NCBI GenBank assembly: GCA_965285935.1 | Contig: OZ260661.1 | Span: 30,318,001 to 30,382,000 of the forward strand | Reading direction: 5' to 3' | DNA: 64,000 nt | Source of the DNA: Ophelia neglecta | Lineage: Eukaryota | Part shown: piece by piece, positions 1 through 13,875 of the stretch | Layout of the letters: every line of letters begins with the position of its first letter | How positions within the stretch are numbered: the stretch's first letter is position 1 | Translations under genes and position numbers: made by a program | The notes under the pieces: model-generated | Told to the model about the DNA's origin: nothing | Databases searched by the model: none | What the model saw: only the letters and a program-made list of their open reading frames with translations

Positions 1-2506
1 ATTTTTATATAGGCCTACTTGTCTATATTATATATTCATATATATGATATAAATCTTATACCACTTTTAATAACTCTGAATATCATTGTTTGATATTCAT
101 CAGAAACCGATTTTTATAAATCTTAATTTCTTTGTTAAGAAGCCTTCAGTCGTCTATATATAATCCTTTAACTGCCAGCCATTACTCGTTAATACTACTT
201 CTATATAACTATTTGCAATGCATCTCCTTCAGATAAAGCGATCACCAGCCCTTATTAACAAAACTCAATTTATGTTGAGGGTGTACTCCATTATGTAAAG
301 AAAAGTGGAATAAATATTACATAAACTTTCCTTGAATGGTGTACTTTTGCCCCAATACTTCCAACTCAACCAGGCTTGACAAAAGCCAGTAACATGGCAA
401 ATAAAGTAGTGAAATTGGTCAAAATCCCGATTATTGTATATCGACTTACAGACAAACTGCCACAGCAGGCGTCCCAGGTAATTCTTACGCATACTATACT
501 ATACTTTAATAACTGGCATCACATGAATGATTATATCAATATATTATTTGTAAATCTGTTCAGGTTTAAATTTTCTAATTGAAAAATTATACAAAATCTA
601 TTAATATTATTCAGACGCAAATTGGGCCTAAATCATCGTCTGTGGCAAAAACAAATTAGAATATATTCTGGTTGCTGGTCTAATAACACTCCCACAGTGT
701 TTGTACAAATATTACATGTCACGGTACGTTGCACGCGTTTATTGCTAAGATATATTGTCGTTTTTGTTAGTTTAACTTTATATGGAAAATTAATATAGTG
801 ACAAACATTATATTCACATGTGTGTGTAAACAGAATTATGAAAGTTTGTGGTCATATAAACGTAAAGGTCTCTGTCAACTTTATTCATTTGTATTTCGGA
901 AAGGTATTTGCTATGATTATTCAACCTCTGCTTTCTATTCAAATGTGTAAGAGAAGCCCAATTCTTCATAGCACATGTTAACTATATAATGTTACACGTA
1001 TATAGCAGTTTTAAAAATTGAACTGCACTAAATGAAATTTAAGATTTACCTATTGGAAACTTTTCAAAGTCATTATAACGCCCGGAATAGAAATAATGAA
1101 CCATTTATTTATTTAAAAAGTGAAAGGAACCGGAATTTCATTTGTGCATGTCTGTCATGTCTTCACTCTAGGTTCATTGTGTTATGTATATATGTACCTG
1201 GCATCAGAACAGAAATACACCAGCACAGATCGATGGGAACCCCCGATAAAAAAGGATCTGAAAATCACTCATCCTTTGAGCGCTGAATATCTATCGTTCA
1301 ACAGAAACAGTAAAGACATCTGGAACACTCGGGTTACATCCTGGTAGGTCAGACAGTTCTTCGCTATTGTTCTTACAAATATCTAAGGGTTGTGCATCAA
1401 CGAGCAATCAAACAAATCTCGAGAACAATTGAGAATGTAACTCGTCTGGTAAAGCAAACTTTAACCCGGATTATAATACAGCCTTTTATATCATTGCATC
1501 GGAATAAGAATCGTATTGTACATAATGATCAAATTTTATGAAAACCACTAGAAATGCATTGTTAGCGTAAAACACCGAAATAGATAATTATAATATATCT
1601 ACGCAAGCACTGAACTTACTGGATTGACTGCGAAAATGCTGGTTATAACAAGTCTATGCTACATGGTTAAGTTCTTAAAGAGCAAGTTTGTTTATGGGCC
1701 GATTTTCGTTTTCATTCATTAAGATAGATTTTTTGAAACGATAAACCCTCACTGTCAAGGCATCAGACAATTACTGTACAATTAGGGCACAGATGTATAT
1801 ATAAAGACATCTGTGGTTAAAGCAATGAAATTCCAGCTATCCATTTTTTTACGTGTTCTTTCTAAACACAGCATCAAAACCTTCCCAATGTTGAGTATCC
1901 ACAGGGAAGAAATTAGCCCAGAGTGAATTTGTGGTTTGGCTAAAACATTGAAACCAGATCATACCCACCCATCCATCCTCCACCTCAAGAACCGACGCCA
2001 GCCAGAACTATCTATCGGTTGTTCGCAATCAGTAATATTATTATGTGTTATATTTTGTAAAATGTATATAGTGTCAATTCCGTAGAATGCCCTATAATAA
2101 TAGCTTCCATGCTTCATAAGAAACATTAAAGTACTGCACAAGATTTGAAATGAGTATTATTGTATTATTAGCTAGTATAACTCCAGTTTTGATATTATGT
2201 ATGTCTTTATTGTGGCATCTTTGACTAGAATGTTTGGTATAAATTATTTGGCACGTACGGATTAAAATAAATTAGGGTAATCATTATGTTCCCATTAGCC
2301 AATATTAGGTTCCAAGTTAGCCTTTCGCGGTCCGTTTGGCTTTCGCCAGTTACACAAAGCCATTGGCCGGCAGTGCAAAGCTGGTGCACTGGTGTGACAT
2401 AGCCATCCCCCTGAGTAACCTGATAGTGGTATTGCATTGTATGAAACACGCGCCTGTAACATAAATCATAAGGCGAGGCATGTTGTCTGGTAGGAGGTGC
2501 ACATCG

Positions 2507-2731
2507 GCCACTTCTCGTAGCCGGTCACATTCTTTATATCTAGTATAACTCGCCACTTCTCGTAGCCGGTCACATTCTTTATATCTAGTATAACTCGCCA
2601 CTTCTCGTAGCCGGTCACATTCTTTATATCTAGTATAACTCGCCACTTCTCGTAGCCGGTCACATTCTTTATATCTAGTATAACTCGCCACTTCTCGTAG
2701 CCGGTCACATTCTTTATATCCAGTATAACTC
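2507..2731 (+). repeat. 45-bp minisatellite, 5 copies, ending 11 nt before the start codon of C4-like gene 1
   Basis: Unit gccacttctcgtagccggtcacattctttatatctagtataactc starts at 2507, 2552, 2597, 2642 and 2687. The last copy has ccag instead of ctag. No spacers. Confidence 0.97.
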
Positions 2732-2742
2732 AAACGAACATC

Positions 2743-4991
2743 ATGGTCGCAGTCGGTGTTTTCAAATTGTTCATTGGAACTGCCTTTTGTTTCTTAACAG
2801 TGAAATCAGCTCAGGTAGAGTTTTCATCTTTTTTTAAACAAATTAACGACGAAAAACTTTCTGCACCTCAATAGATCGAAAGATTCATAACCTAGCTTAC
2901 CTGAGTGAATATAATTACACAAGAGACCGGCATGTTTATGCTTCACAAGTAGTTAAATATATTTGCCAATGGACTAATTTTTTTTTCAAATACATCCATA
3001 CCTAATATGCCTTAATAACCAGGAGGACAACGTACGTCGACAGAAAAGATCAGTGGAGCCCAAAGAAGCAGCTCAAGAAGCTGTAGAGGCAGCTGGAGGT
3101 ATGAGAACATAGGGTGTATAACACTAACTATATAAGCAAAACAAAATTCTAATAATGATTATGATATTAGTTATGAATTAATGCGCACGAAGGTACTATG
3201 ACTGCGTGTCCTTTAATACCTTAAAATGACCTGCATAACAGGGATAACTCAAGTTTTCATCTTCAACCTGATTAAACCAGGTGGGCAAACTTACATCCGA
3301 TGGGGTAGAACGACCTGTCCAGACCACCCTGACACCTACCTGGTATACAAAGGTAGGACAACAAGCCTTCGATCTGTAATATTTGTCTAAGTTAAGCTAA
3401 TGGCATTTAATTACCTATTTGAAAACATGCACGCCTATTTAAAAGTGACGCTAATTGCATATTATTTATTGCCTAGTTACCACGAAGCGCACTCTTAAGT
3501 TGGGTGATTTTGGGGCACATTTGACTATTTGAATCTTTCCGATACAATTTACTTTTAACAATTCTTGAGAAGCTATCGCCCGACACGAAACCTGCGAAAA
3601 TTGAATTTAGCAAATATCATGAATAATAAAAGATTGAATGGAAACTTGAAAATGAGGTCAAATAAGCTTGTCTCAGCTCACATGTGATAGCCAACAAGTT
3701 GCCCATAAGCAGAATTGGGGTGTCTGAATGAACTGATATAGGCATAGTTACTAATAACACGCAACGCTGTGGAAAGAACCCAGCTTTCCTATAAGACAAA
3801 TGAATGGCCAGGGAAACATTATATTATTATTACAACAAGCCTTACGCGACACAAGTTGGTGAGGCACAGATGAAAAAGGGAAATGCCGGTTTTTCATTAG
3901 ACAGTAGTATAGTGTCCTTTCTGTGTAGGTTCCCTATGTAGGCCTCTGTTATTACCTAGTGTTTGTCGAAGAATCGATCTATGGTTTATGCACACAAATC
4001 ACTTTAGCTGAATGTGTATCCCCTCACTAAATGATTTTAACTACATAGGTTATCCAAGTTGTATTATATGGCTGATAAAAATTTATTTGATTTAGCGTAT
4101 AGTGTTTAACCTGTGCTATGCATGTTTGGATGGAATGGGCACCTCGGGTTTGGTCCAGAAGGGCACTTAACTAAACATAATATTTACTCCAGGATATGCT
4201 GGTGGTGCTTGGTTTCAACACAAGGGAGGCGGTGCTAATTTGTTGTGTCTTAGTGAGGACCCGGTCTGGGGAACTTACGACGCGAAATTCACTGGCTATG
4301 TTCACCTTCACGGCGTCGAGTACGAGACAGGCTGGCCGCTGGAAAATGATAACATTGAGGAATCGTAGGTCTAAACTTAACATCTTTTATCATGAAGTAC
4401 GAAGGTATCTGACAGTACTTCATGTCGCGGTCGAAAAAGATACATATGTAAACACAATAATGTTGATATTTTAAAAGTTTTCGTGGAAGGGGTATACATC
4501 TTATATCTATTCTACGACCATATCTTTATCACTGAATCATATAAGTTTCTTTGTATCCACATATCATTGACACAAAAGAATCGTGCATTGATGTGATACA
4601 GGTATTCGAAAAAGAAATTTTTACATCATCTAATTGATGAAACACTCAGTCAGTGAAGGTTTATCATCTTGTTTGTAGGTCTCACGTGAACCAAGATGTA
4701 CCTTGTGTCGTATGCTGGATACCAAATCGCACGGCTCTAATGATTCCTGGTAGAAGAGCGTGTTTTCCTGACTGGAGACTAGAGTACCATGGCTATCTGA
4801 TGGCAGAACGTCACACACATAATCGAGGAGAATTCATCTGCGTTGATCACGCCCCAGAAGCCGATCCAGGCGGATCAGAGAACAAAAATGGCGCATTATT
4901 ATATTACGTCGAAGCTATTTGTGGCTATGCTCTCCGCTGCCCGCCTTATGTGAGTGGCAGAGAAATAACATGCACTGTGTGCTCCCGTTAA
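2743..4991 (+). CDS. Secreted short-chain collagen C4-like (NC1-related) domain protein, paralogue 1, 234 aa
   Basis: Exons 2743-2814, 3023-3098, 3281-3352, 4193-4364, 4679-4991. All introns are GT-AG, phases 0,1,1,2, giving a 705-nt open frame. Translation: MVAVGVFKLFIGTAFCFLTVKSAQ-EDNVRRQKRSV...GGQTYIRWGRTTCP...YKGYAGGAWFQHKGGGANLLCL...DVPCVVC...MIPGRRAC...LEYHGYLMA...EFICVD...LLYYVEAICG...CPPYVSGREITCTVCSR. Exons 2-5 have the same sizes in all complete paralogues. Confidence 0.9.
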
Positions 4992-5976
4992 CAACTTGAC
5001 CCACCAATTACTGCTTGTGATAATTTGCATTTTCTATTGTTAGACACCGTGGAAAAAAATGTATATTAAAAAGCATTTTCCTATATATCGATACTAGAGA
5101 ATGAATATTCAAAGAGTAAGTTGAAATAGTCCTCGCAAAACAGTGTAATGATTTGTATATACAAGCGATATATTGACCTTTCCATTTTTTTCCATTTTTT
5201 TGTTTACATGCTCCAATTATTTTTTTAGCCAGCAATCATTAAATGGTATTTTGGCCCGTCTTCGAAAATAATAAGATATTATTATTATCATTGTGTTCGA
5301 CAAGTCGCGGGAAATATAAAATAATTGCTATTTAGGTCAAATGGCCACCAGTGCATGACTACAGGATAAAGCGATAGCAAGGTAGTAGCGAATGCTGGAG
5401 TACAGACATTTCGCCTCACTAACTGTGGAATTCACGATTTTAACCAAGAAATAGAACTCAATGGCGTTGGAACAAATTAAAAAACGTATTGAGACAAAAA
5501 GAAGTAATATAATTATTTAAAAAAAATAACCCAGTTCAAGAACAAATAATTGAATCAACGTTTCCAGGAATGTGTATAAATTATGTAGATCCCCTTGGTT
5601 AAAGTTCACCACTCTGGTTCATCTGGGTTCCTTCTGTTTCATGGACATTCATCAAAGTTCATCGCGGATTATTGTTGTTCGTCGTTCTTCAATGCAGTCC
5701 AGTGTTATCGATCTTGGTTTATCATTTTTAACTATGGTTTAACCTGATTTGTTATCGTATATTACTTTTGGGTGTGCCTCTTTAATTTATAACCCATGCA
5801 CATAATGGTTTTTCACTAGGGGAGAGCGTGGTGGATTGGTAAATAAATCACAAAATAAGACACTCGAAATTCAAAGTCAAGGCCGTTGCTTTGTTGCTCA
5901 CACTCAAATTAGATAACCCACATAACCATATATGCAAGAATAAAAATCACTGCGTCTCTCACAGTATTATAACTGA

Positions 5977-8900
5977 CTAGCAGTGACCCGTGGGCAACCA
6001 CGGTGAAAAGGGCAGCAGTGGATTGAATGGTGGTCTATTCGAAGAGGGCAGTTTTCATTTGTTACTAATGCTGGGTTGAGACAAAAAAATAGAAAAGTAA
6101 GATGGTATAAAGGAATCCATCATAAATGATAGTGCATATATATTGCCAATGTTGGGAGAGACAAAACAATAAAAGTGTAAACAGATTTGAATGAAAAATA
6201 CATAGCAAAGGAAGTCTTAAGTTTTATTCCAGTCATCCAGCGAACACCTCTCGAGCAGTTCATTGAAGAATTTCAGGATACACAACATGTTTGGTGACTG
6301 TTGTCATGGTGTCTGATGCATAAACCTGCTTTCTGGTGTTCTCGATTTTTACTTTAATGCGTTGAAATGATTTTCTCTGTGAGAAGGCTATGTACAGTTG
6401 TCCATGTGTGAAAACAGGGTCAGGAAAGTAAATGCCCATTTCTTTGAATGTTTACCCTTGCGCCTTGTTGATCGTCATTAAATGGGCTATCCGAGCAAGG
6501 AATTGGATGCGTTCTAGGACGATAGTCAAATTCACATCTGATGGGGCGAGTTTAATGCGGGGAATGAGAATCCTCTTCCCTGCCTGTGTGTTCGCCACAA
6601 CCACTGTGCCAATTGTGTCGGCATGAAGGTGACGAACAATCTGGCGGGTTCCATTACAAATGCCATTTTTTTATGTCAAGGTTACGAAGGAGCATTATCA
6701 ATGCACCCTTCTTCAGGACCAGTTTGTGCTCTGGCATTCCTGACGGAGTGAGACTGTTGAGGAATTCAACTGGGAAATTGTTCTCGTCAGGGTTGTGGGA
6801 CACAATACAGTCAATGCTCAGGTATTTTATTTTTTTTTGCTCCCTGGGAGTTGTTTGATGATTTCGCCGTTGATGGCCAAGGTGGTGTCATTTTTGGGGG
6901 TTAGTATTATTTGTTTGGAAACATCACCCTCTAATGTTAGGTATACTGCTTGTAACAGGTCCCCGTCGCACAGGCACTCATTATGAATGTAAATTGAGCA
7001 GTCCCCAAACGTAACGTTAGTCCTACAATAATTATATAAAAATAGTAACGGTAATGTCCTTATTCCCTCACAATTGAGATAATTTTATTCACACATTTAG
7101 TTTTGAATTCCTACATTAAATTTCTAATCATATCCCAACCGGTACAATTAAATATCCGTACAGTTTAATTTGAATCACTGCAAACAGTTTCCCTACATTT
7201 TAATATCAATAACAAATAATTTCCCTGCATTTTTCTATCTCTCCAAATAAATCCCCGTGTGGCAGCTTTGTCTTAGTTCAGTAATGAGTCCAGAGGCGTA
7301 GGAAGGAAAATCAGTGAGGGGGCCAACTTTACATCAGCAGCATAAAAAGTGTGTGTGTGTGGGGGGGGGGGGGGGGCGCAAAACATATGATGGCCCCCCA
7401 CTTTTTTAAGTCGGGGGGGGGGGGGGTCATGCCACCCCTCTTGCTTCCTCTGCCACTGTACATTGATTTTTACTTGCCAAAAAAACATTGAATAAATTCA
7501 ATTATCGGGTGTGTATTGGTTTGTAAATAACCTGCCCACAGGTAACTATTTGATTATGGTCTAGCCAACTGAGGACAGACGCTCCTGACCACTGCTGCAT
7601 TACAACATTTTGAGAGGGGAAAAAAGTAAGAGGGTCATCATTAAAAAGTGGGTGGGCCTAAACATTTGATGCCCCCCCACTTTTTTAAATGCCCCCCCCC
7701 CCCCCGCTTCCTACGCCACTGGAGTCAGGGAGTACAGCGAATGAGTACAGCGAATGCTAATTCTACGGAACGAAAGTTTCAATTATGTCTCACGATCAGA
7801 CATGTCAGTACTGCCTCATTGTAAGCCAATATACATGAACGTGTGCCGCGGTACATTTGTATGTCGATTTTAATTAGATCTTTGCTACTTAGATTCTAGT
7901 TTAAACCGTGAGAAATATTGTCGGTTTATGTATAGAATAATATGATCATAGTAGATCCCTTAGACACGTGTCTAAGACTTCGTTTTATTGTCGTTTACCC
8001 TCAAGAAGGACTCACGCATTAAAAAAATATTGACATCCCTTTGATCCCCTGGCCATGTATATTTAACCTTGCAAGGGTATCTACAAATGGCATAGTATTG
8101 AGCACTTTTCCCAAGAGGAGAACTCATTCATTAATCAAAAAATGACAGCCCTTTGATCACCAGTAGGCTTTGTTCTGAGGTGTTGAATATCACATTTCGA
8201 ATTGGGTCATAGCTAAGACGACTTAATGATTAACTGGCACCAACCTCCCATGTTGTTTACTTGCCGTGTTAAAATGAAAGTAACAATGTAGCATACAAAT
8301 TTGATTTGACAGGTGTCAACACTTGTAAAGAAGCCTGTCATAATAGTTTATTATATCACAGCTAATTCGTCACTTTTCCTTTAGTCAATATTTGTAAAGA
8401 AACCTGTCATAATAGTTTAGTATGTCACAGCTAATTCATGACGTTTCCCGTAATTTTTGCTGTCAATGATATCCCAAAACATCTGGCGTTTGCAATAGTT
8501 TGTTACCAGCACATTAATTTGCCAATAATACCTCAATTTTTGCATATATTCTGAGTGCAAGGTTGTCCACTGGGCATATGTACATATAGCCATCGCTGTC
8601 CTTATATTTACAAACAATAACACGCGTGGGAATGAAAATAGATCGGGTCAAGCTATAAAGGAATCCAGCGCAGTGATACAAACTCAGTGAACCGTAGACT
8701 GGAAAAAAGTAGTACAAACTGTCTATTTTGTCAGATGGTTTTGGTGATGTCGAAAACATTCTAATAAACAAACAAATCGACTCATGCAGCAAGTATCCGA
8801 CAATATATTAATCATCAAATCGGCCTCCTTTCCCAAGAAATACACAGCTGAATGTGGCGTATGAATATTCAAAGCTGCGAGTCGCTCGTATCGAGACTGC

Positions 8901-9234
8901 ATGGTCGGGTGTCCACCTTCCCTTCGTAGCAGTGCACACAGCTCTGTTCTCTTCGCCTGTAGCGGTGATGCGGAGAAGCTAGATGCGATAAGCATTGGCA
9001 CCTGCTGCGAAGGGTAGTGTCCACCTCAACCGGGTAAAATGGCGGCGATCGGCAGACGACAGAGGCGAGCTAAAAGGCAAACGCGCACGGTTCGAAGGTT
9101 TACATCGCACCGAACTGGTCCGAAATAAAAAATTCCACGATTGGAGCGGACAGAAAGGCGTCGCCAAAAGTTGGGGGCGAACCGTCCGGCAGCGGCCGAG
9201 AAAAATCGTAAACAATTGGACAATATATAATAGA
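5977..9234 (-). mobile_element. Helitron, non-autonomous or decayed, with a PIF1-type helicase C-terminal remnant
   Basis: Minus strand ~6300-7000 reads RILIPRIKLAPSD...RIQFLARIAHLMTINKAQG*TF...PVFTHGQLYIAFS, the Helitron helicase motifs, with stops. 3' end: hairpin ccgtgg-ttgc-ccacgg (5988-6003), then CTAG (5977-5980), then T. A candidate 5' end A|TCTATTATATA at 9234 is much less certain. Confidence 0.7.
7291..7721. mobile_element. MITE with 15-bp TIRs and 5-bp TSD
   Basis: Ends cagaggcgtaggaag / cttcctacgccactg match 14/15 as inverted repeats. Flanked by gagtc at 7286-7290 and 7722-7726. Internal poly-G and poly-C tracts. Confidence 0.7.
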
Positions 9235-9539
9235 TTGTTATTTATCACCTCTACTTTCTGGGGAGCTATGCAGGTGAGATACATAGAGTTGCTGCAGTGC
9301 ACTAATTAACACTAATTAATAAAGATGAAATACGCATATTATTTGCAACGTATAAAGTATAAAAGATGTATACATTTCCGTGTGTTTGACCAAAAATAAC
9401 CTACCAAACGTAGCTAAAAGACTAGTGCTATACTTTTGTACGGTATGAGGCATTTTGCTGTACATCAATTTAATAGCCGATAACATAACCTCTGAGCCTG
9501 CCCTTCCTGCCATGGCTTCGCCTGGCACCAACATTACAT

Positions 9540-10500
9540 GTCGCGCTACTACTGTGTGAAGAAGCTGTTCTTTTTACAGTTTAGCAAAATTACAGTTTAT
9601 CTGATTCAACCAAAAGTTGTACATTTCTGCATCATTTAGTGTAGACCTGATATACTTTAACCAACTGGATATATAAATTTTAATACTTTACGCAATATAT
9701 TACAAAATTGCAACTGAAGTTTCCAGTACATTTTTTCTCCTGCTTAACTCCAGGCTTCGCAACCATACAAAACAATTGGTAGTGTCTTTTTTTCAAACAA
9801 GTCCAAACTTACATCTAAAGGTAAATTAACTTTTCTTATCTTACTGACTAATGGGAACATTGGTCTATTGGCTTATGTATACAACTGCTGGGCAGCAATA
9901 TAAAATTTATTGTTATAATGAAGAAAAACTCCTAAATAAGTATACTTAAAGACACTTCTAAATTTTCCCCATCTATTTTGAACTGTGGTATTTTCCTGAT
10001 TTTTCCCTTTGAAGAATTAACAACCGTTGTTTTTGAACAGTTAATATCTAGGCCCCACACTTTAAAATAATGGTGCATACCATTTAGTGCCGCCTGCAGT
10101 TAATATTTGTTTTCAGCCAATAACATGCTATCGTCAGTATATAATCATATAGAATGTCTGGCATATAGCGCTACATCATCCTTCTTAAAGTAGGTCTCTA
10201 TTTCACCAGAATGACTTGTTAAACCATTGTATGATTTACTTATGAAGCCATATAAATCATTAAGAAACATACTGAAGAAGGCCGGGGACAGGTTTCCTCT
10301 TTGTCTTACCCCATTTATTAATAGTTTTTGCCACAATAAATTCTATCAACTGTATCAAATGCTTTTTTATAGTCAAAAGCTGAACACTTTTTCGTTTTAG
10401 ATAGTTACAATTCAATAACGTGATGTAGTGTAAATATGTGGTCCACAATACTGTTTAATTTTCTGTAACCTGCCTGGTTATCCATAAGTTAAACATATTT
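9540..10500 (-). mobile_element. Decayed non-LTR retrotransposon RT fragment
   Basis: Minus-strand motifs DYKKAFDTVDR, GVRQRGNLSP, YTDDSML and YTYLGV with frameshifts. Boundaries approximate. Confidence 0.75.
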
Positions 10501-11159
10501 CTATTGGGATTGTCTAAGTAGCGCGGGGCTAATCTTATGGCTTCTCCCTGCTATTTTCAATACATTTTTTTTAATTAGATGAACAGATTGATATAACATA
10601 GACAAATAGACAGATGGATAAAAAAGTAATAGACACCCCCCCAAAAACAAATAATACATAAATCATAAGCAATTATTTCGTTCAACTTAGATAACTATTT
10701 CACCCAACATAACACATTAAAGATGGAGACTGATAAATGATATCAAGATATACAAATGGTTTGGTGAAGTTTTTATAGAATAGTTATTAAATGACAACGG
10801 GCACCGGAAACAATTCTTCCTGGAGAAAATTTGATACTATTTTATGAAACTATTTAGAAATAAATTAAGAGAGAAATTGTTTAGAATATATGCAGAAAAC
10901 AACAATTACTACTCTAGTAATGCACATTTCCCTCATTTTGTACAAGAGTAGATGTCGTGGTTCGAATGGTATACTACTTATGTGAATTAATTTGATGCAA
11001 ATAATTGGAGAAAACGTCATGTTCAATTAACATATTGATTTCTAAAGATTCGTTTTTCCATAATTTCCTATAATCTTTTCTGTATGTTTCCATTAAATAT
11101 TTTTAAAGGGGTTTCTTTGTTTTTTTCAGCCCCTAATCACAAGGGTGCTAGTCACTGAT

Positions 11160-13875
11160 TCAGCGAGCGCAGACTGCGCATGCGATCTCTCTGCCATGGA
11201 TATAAGGCGGGCAGCGCAGAGACTGTCCACAATACGCCTCAATATAGAACAACAAAGCTCCTCCCTTGTTCGCTGCTCCTCCTGGATGGGCCTCAGGGGC
11301 GTGGTCTACGCAGATGAATTCTCCCCTATGATGAGTGTTGCGATCTGCCATCACATAGCCATGATACTCCAGTCGCCAACCCGGAACACAACTCTTTCTT
11401 CCAGGAATCATCATCGTCGTGCGATGAGGAACCCAGCACAAGGCACAAGGCACGTCTTGATCAACGTGAGACCTAGAGCAAATGGTGGTCATATTCATTT
11501 ATTAACATTAATTTTTTCGTCATTGGATTCTGATGTATTATTTCGATTCTACAAGCCTGTTTTGTTAGGAAATTAATTCTGCTTACTTTGGCGATGTTCC
11601 TCCTAATTGTCGTCCAGTATAATAATGAGTACTTTTGCCCAATCATTATCCTTATTTTGGCGCTCCAGATGGTTATATAAACATTTTCTTTAAAAGATAT
11701 TAAGAATAAGACTTACTCTCCTTCAATGTTGTCATTTTCCAGGGGCCAGCCCGTCTCGTACTCGACGCCGTGAAGGTTGCCATGGCCAGCCAGTTTGTCG
11801 TCGTAAGTGCCCCAAACCGGGTCCTCACTAAGACAAAGCAAATTGGATGCGCCTCCTTTGTGGTCATACCAAGTGCCACCGGCCATTCCTGCATGAAAAG
11901 GATATTATATTATCAAATATTGTGAGAATTCCAATTGTACTAAACCGGAGCTGTCTTTTCGTTTTAATGGGCTATTGATTAAACGCGGACGTGCGGTAGC
12001 TATGCGGACGTCATAGGTATTTCAGAGTGAAAGGATGCAAAAAGGCGTCCGCAAGTTTATGGGTGGGGCTGAGGGTTAATTTCAGGGTTAGGGACAAGTT
12101 TAATAGGTCTAGTGCTCTGTTCCAATTTTGGGATTTACTTCCGCACGGCTCCGCGCTTCCGCTTTTAATCAAAAGCCTTTTAATGCCACTCTCGGTTGTG
12201 CTTTTCATATCTATAACAAATGGATGTGGTCTTTCAGATTCTAGAACAAACCATTTGCATATTATTTACGAAAACACATTGGCGAGTATTCCGTTTCACA
12301 AAAGGGGGCGTACTCGTAGTTCCGGTTAAGAAGCTTACGGTCACTGCCCCACCACTTTCCATATTAGTTTTAAAAGGGTTTAAGATTAGGCATCGTCTGA
12401 TATTCCTGTTTTATTACAGTAAGCTATTTTTCCGTCTTGATCTCATCCTATATTCTATTTCTTAAGACATCCATAGCTATCTGATTACAAAGGTAAACCA
12501 ACGATCAATTGCTTGAACATTTCATCCCCATTTTGTGGTAAAACAACAACAGTCCCATATCTGTACCAAACAGTATCATATTTTAAAAAAGCCTAAAACA
12601 CGTCGAAGCCAATATCAGTAGTAGGTTGATTCGATTCAACGCTTCGGTGCTTTTGACCGCTCTATTTTAATCAACTTTAAATTTATAGATTAGTAACTAC
12701 GTTTTATAGGGGTAAGCTTTTTGTCAAAACACAAGGGAGGAGATGGGGGGGGGGTCTGGATATTTCAATGATGTTTGACACTTAGACATATCCACTACCG
12801 GAATCAAAAAGCGTAAATTGAAATATCTATTCTTGTCCTCCCGTAGTGCTACTTAGAATCGTATGTCTGTACCTTTGTATACAAGATATGTGTCCGGGTG
12901 CTCTGGGCAAGTAGTTCTACCCCATCGGATGTACGTTTGGCCCCCTGAAATAACACGTTTGAAAATTTATTTGATTGCAGTTTGTTTGTACACGAGGAAA
13001 ACCAAAGACTGATCATCCATTAGGCGAGACAGTGACATGAGTTATATGCATCCAACTCTTTCTAATTTCTATGCCTTTAAATGTCAAACGTTGTTCAATG
13101 GCCTCATGATGCTTCATGGAATCATGTTAGTTATTTTTTAAATTTCACCTTTCTGGCTTAAAACTGGAAAAAATACACCACTAACGACGTACGTCTTACT
13201 AAATGACAGGACAGATACAGCACTGTCGTCATCTGTTTGTCATATCCGGCATGAACCCTGACATTATTTGCTGTTCAAAACCGATTCTGTGTGCCAAAAT
13301 CCTAGCTAATTGTCAGATCAGATTTCTCTACAGTCTGGTTGCAGTTTTAATCATGATGTAATAGTTTGTTTATTAAGACTAGATTGGAAGCCATGCTACT
13401 CTTTTTTAAATATCAACTTTTGGAAACAGTTTTCATATAAAACACTCTCAGGGTCTTAACTTTGTGATAATCAGGTTTTGGATATTCCTCACCAAAATAA
13501 TTTTAGTAAACAGTATTAATGTTATATATAAACGGTTACCTCCTGATGCTTCTTCAGCCTCGTTTGCTGAGTCTTTGGGATCCACTGATCTTTTTGGTCG
13601 AATCACATTTACCGCCTGTCAGGGAGAGCATTCGTACATCTATTAGATCGAATAGTGTATTCAATGAATCTATTAAATGAAATTCTTACCAGGATCGTAA
13701 CTCAATGTAAAGCGTTATACTCCCTGATGAACGTGACAGTGAATTTCTCTTGGCAGAATGGCATAGAAGTATTGTTATAAAAATGCCTTCTAGAAAATAC
13801 CTGTACAACTGCTCCTGTTGCGAGGAGGACAGAAGCTATTCCTAGGAACAGTTTGAAAGCATTTAGACCCTCCAT
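11160..13875 (-). CDS. Secreted short-chain collagen C4-like domain protein, paralogue 2, 235 aa
   Basis: Exons 13875-13801, 13615-13540, 12944-12873, 11888-11717, 11472-11160 (75/76/72/172/313 nt), GT-AG, open frame. MEGLNAFKLFLGIASVLLATGAVVQ-AVNVIRPKRSV...YIRWGRTTCP...REIACAVCAR. Convergent with paralogue 1. Confidence 0.9.
11970..12177. mobile_element. MITE in intron 3 of paralogue 2, 8-bp TSD
   Basis: Inverted ends ggctattgattaaacgcgga / tccgcttttaatcaaaagcc. ttttaatg on both sides (11962-11969, 12178-12185). Internal gggttaggg motif. Confidence 0.65.

Noticed and set aside
1200-1218. 19-nt exact match to 15035-15053 (ggcatcagaacagaaatac)
   Set aside because: Probably the end of a dispersed repeat. 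No partner TIR or TSD was found, so no element could be defined.
2507-2731. CRISPR-like array, or the repeat proteins of ORFs 2350-2733 and 2466-2708
   Set aside because: Units are contiguous with no unique spacers, there are no cas genes, and the context is eukaryotic. The ORFs arise because a 45-nt unit is a multiple of three.
11145-11576. 143-aa plus-strand ORF, and similar ORFs at 4196-4474 and 4171-4383
   Set aside because: Antisense or alternative-frame shadows of the C4-like exons.
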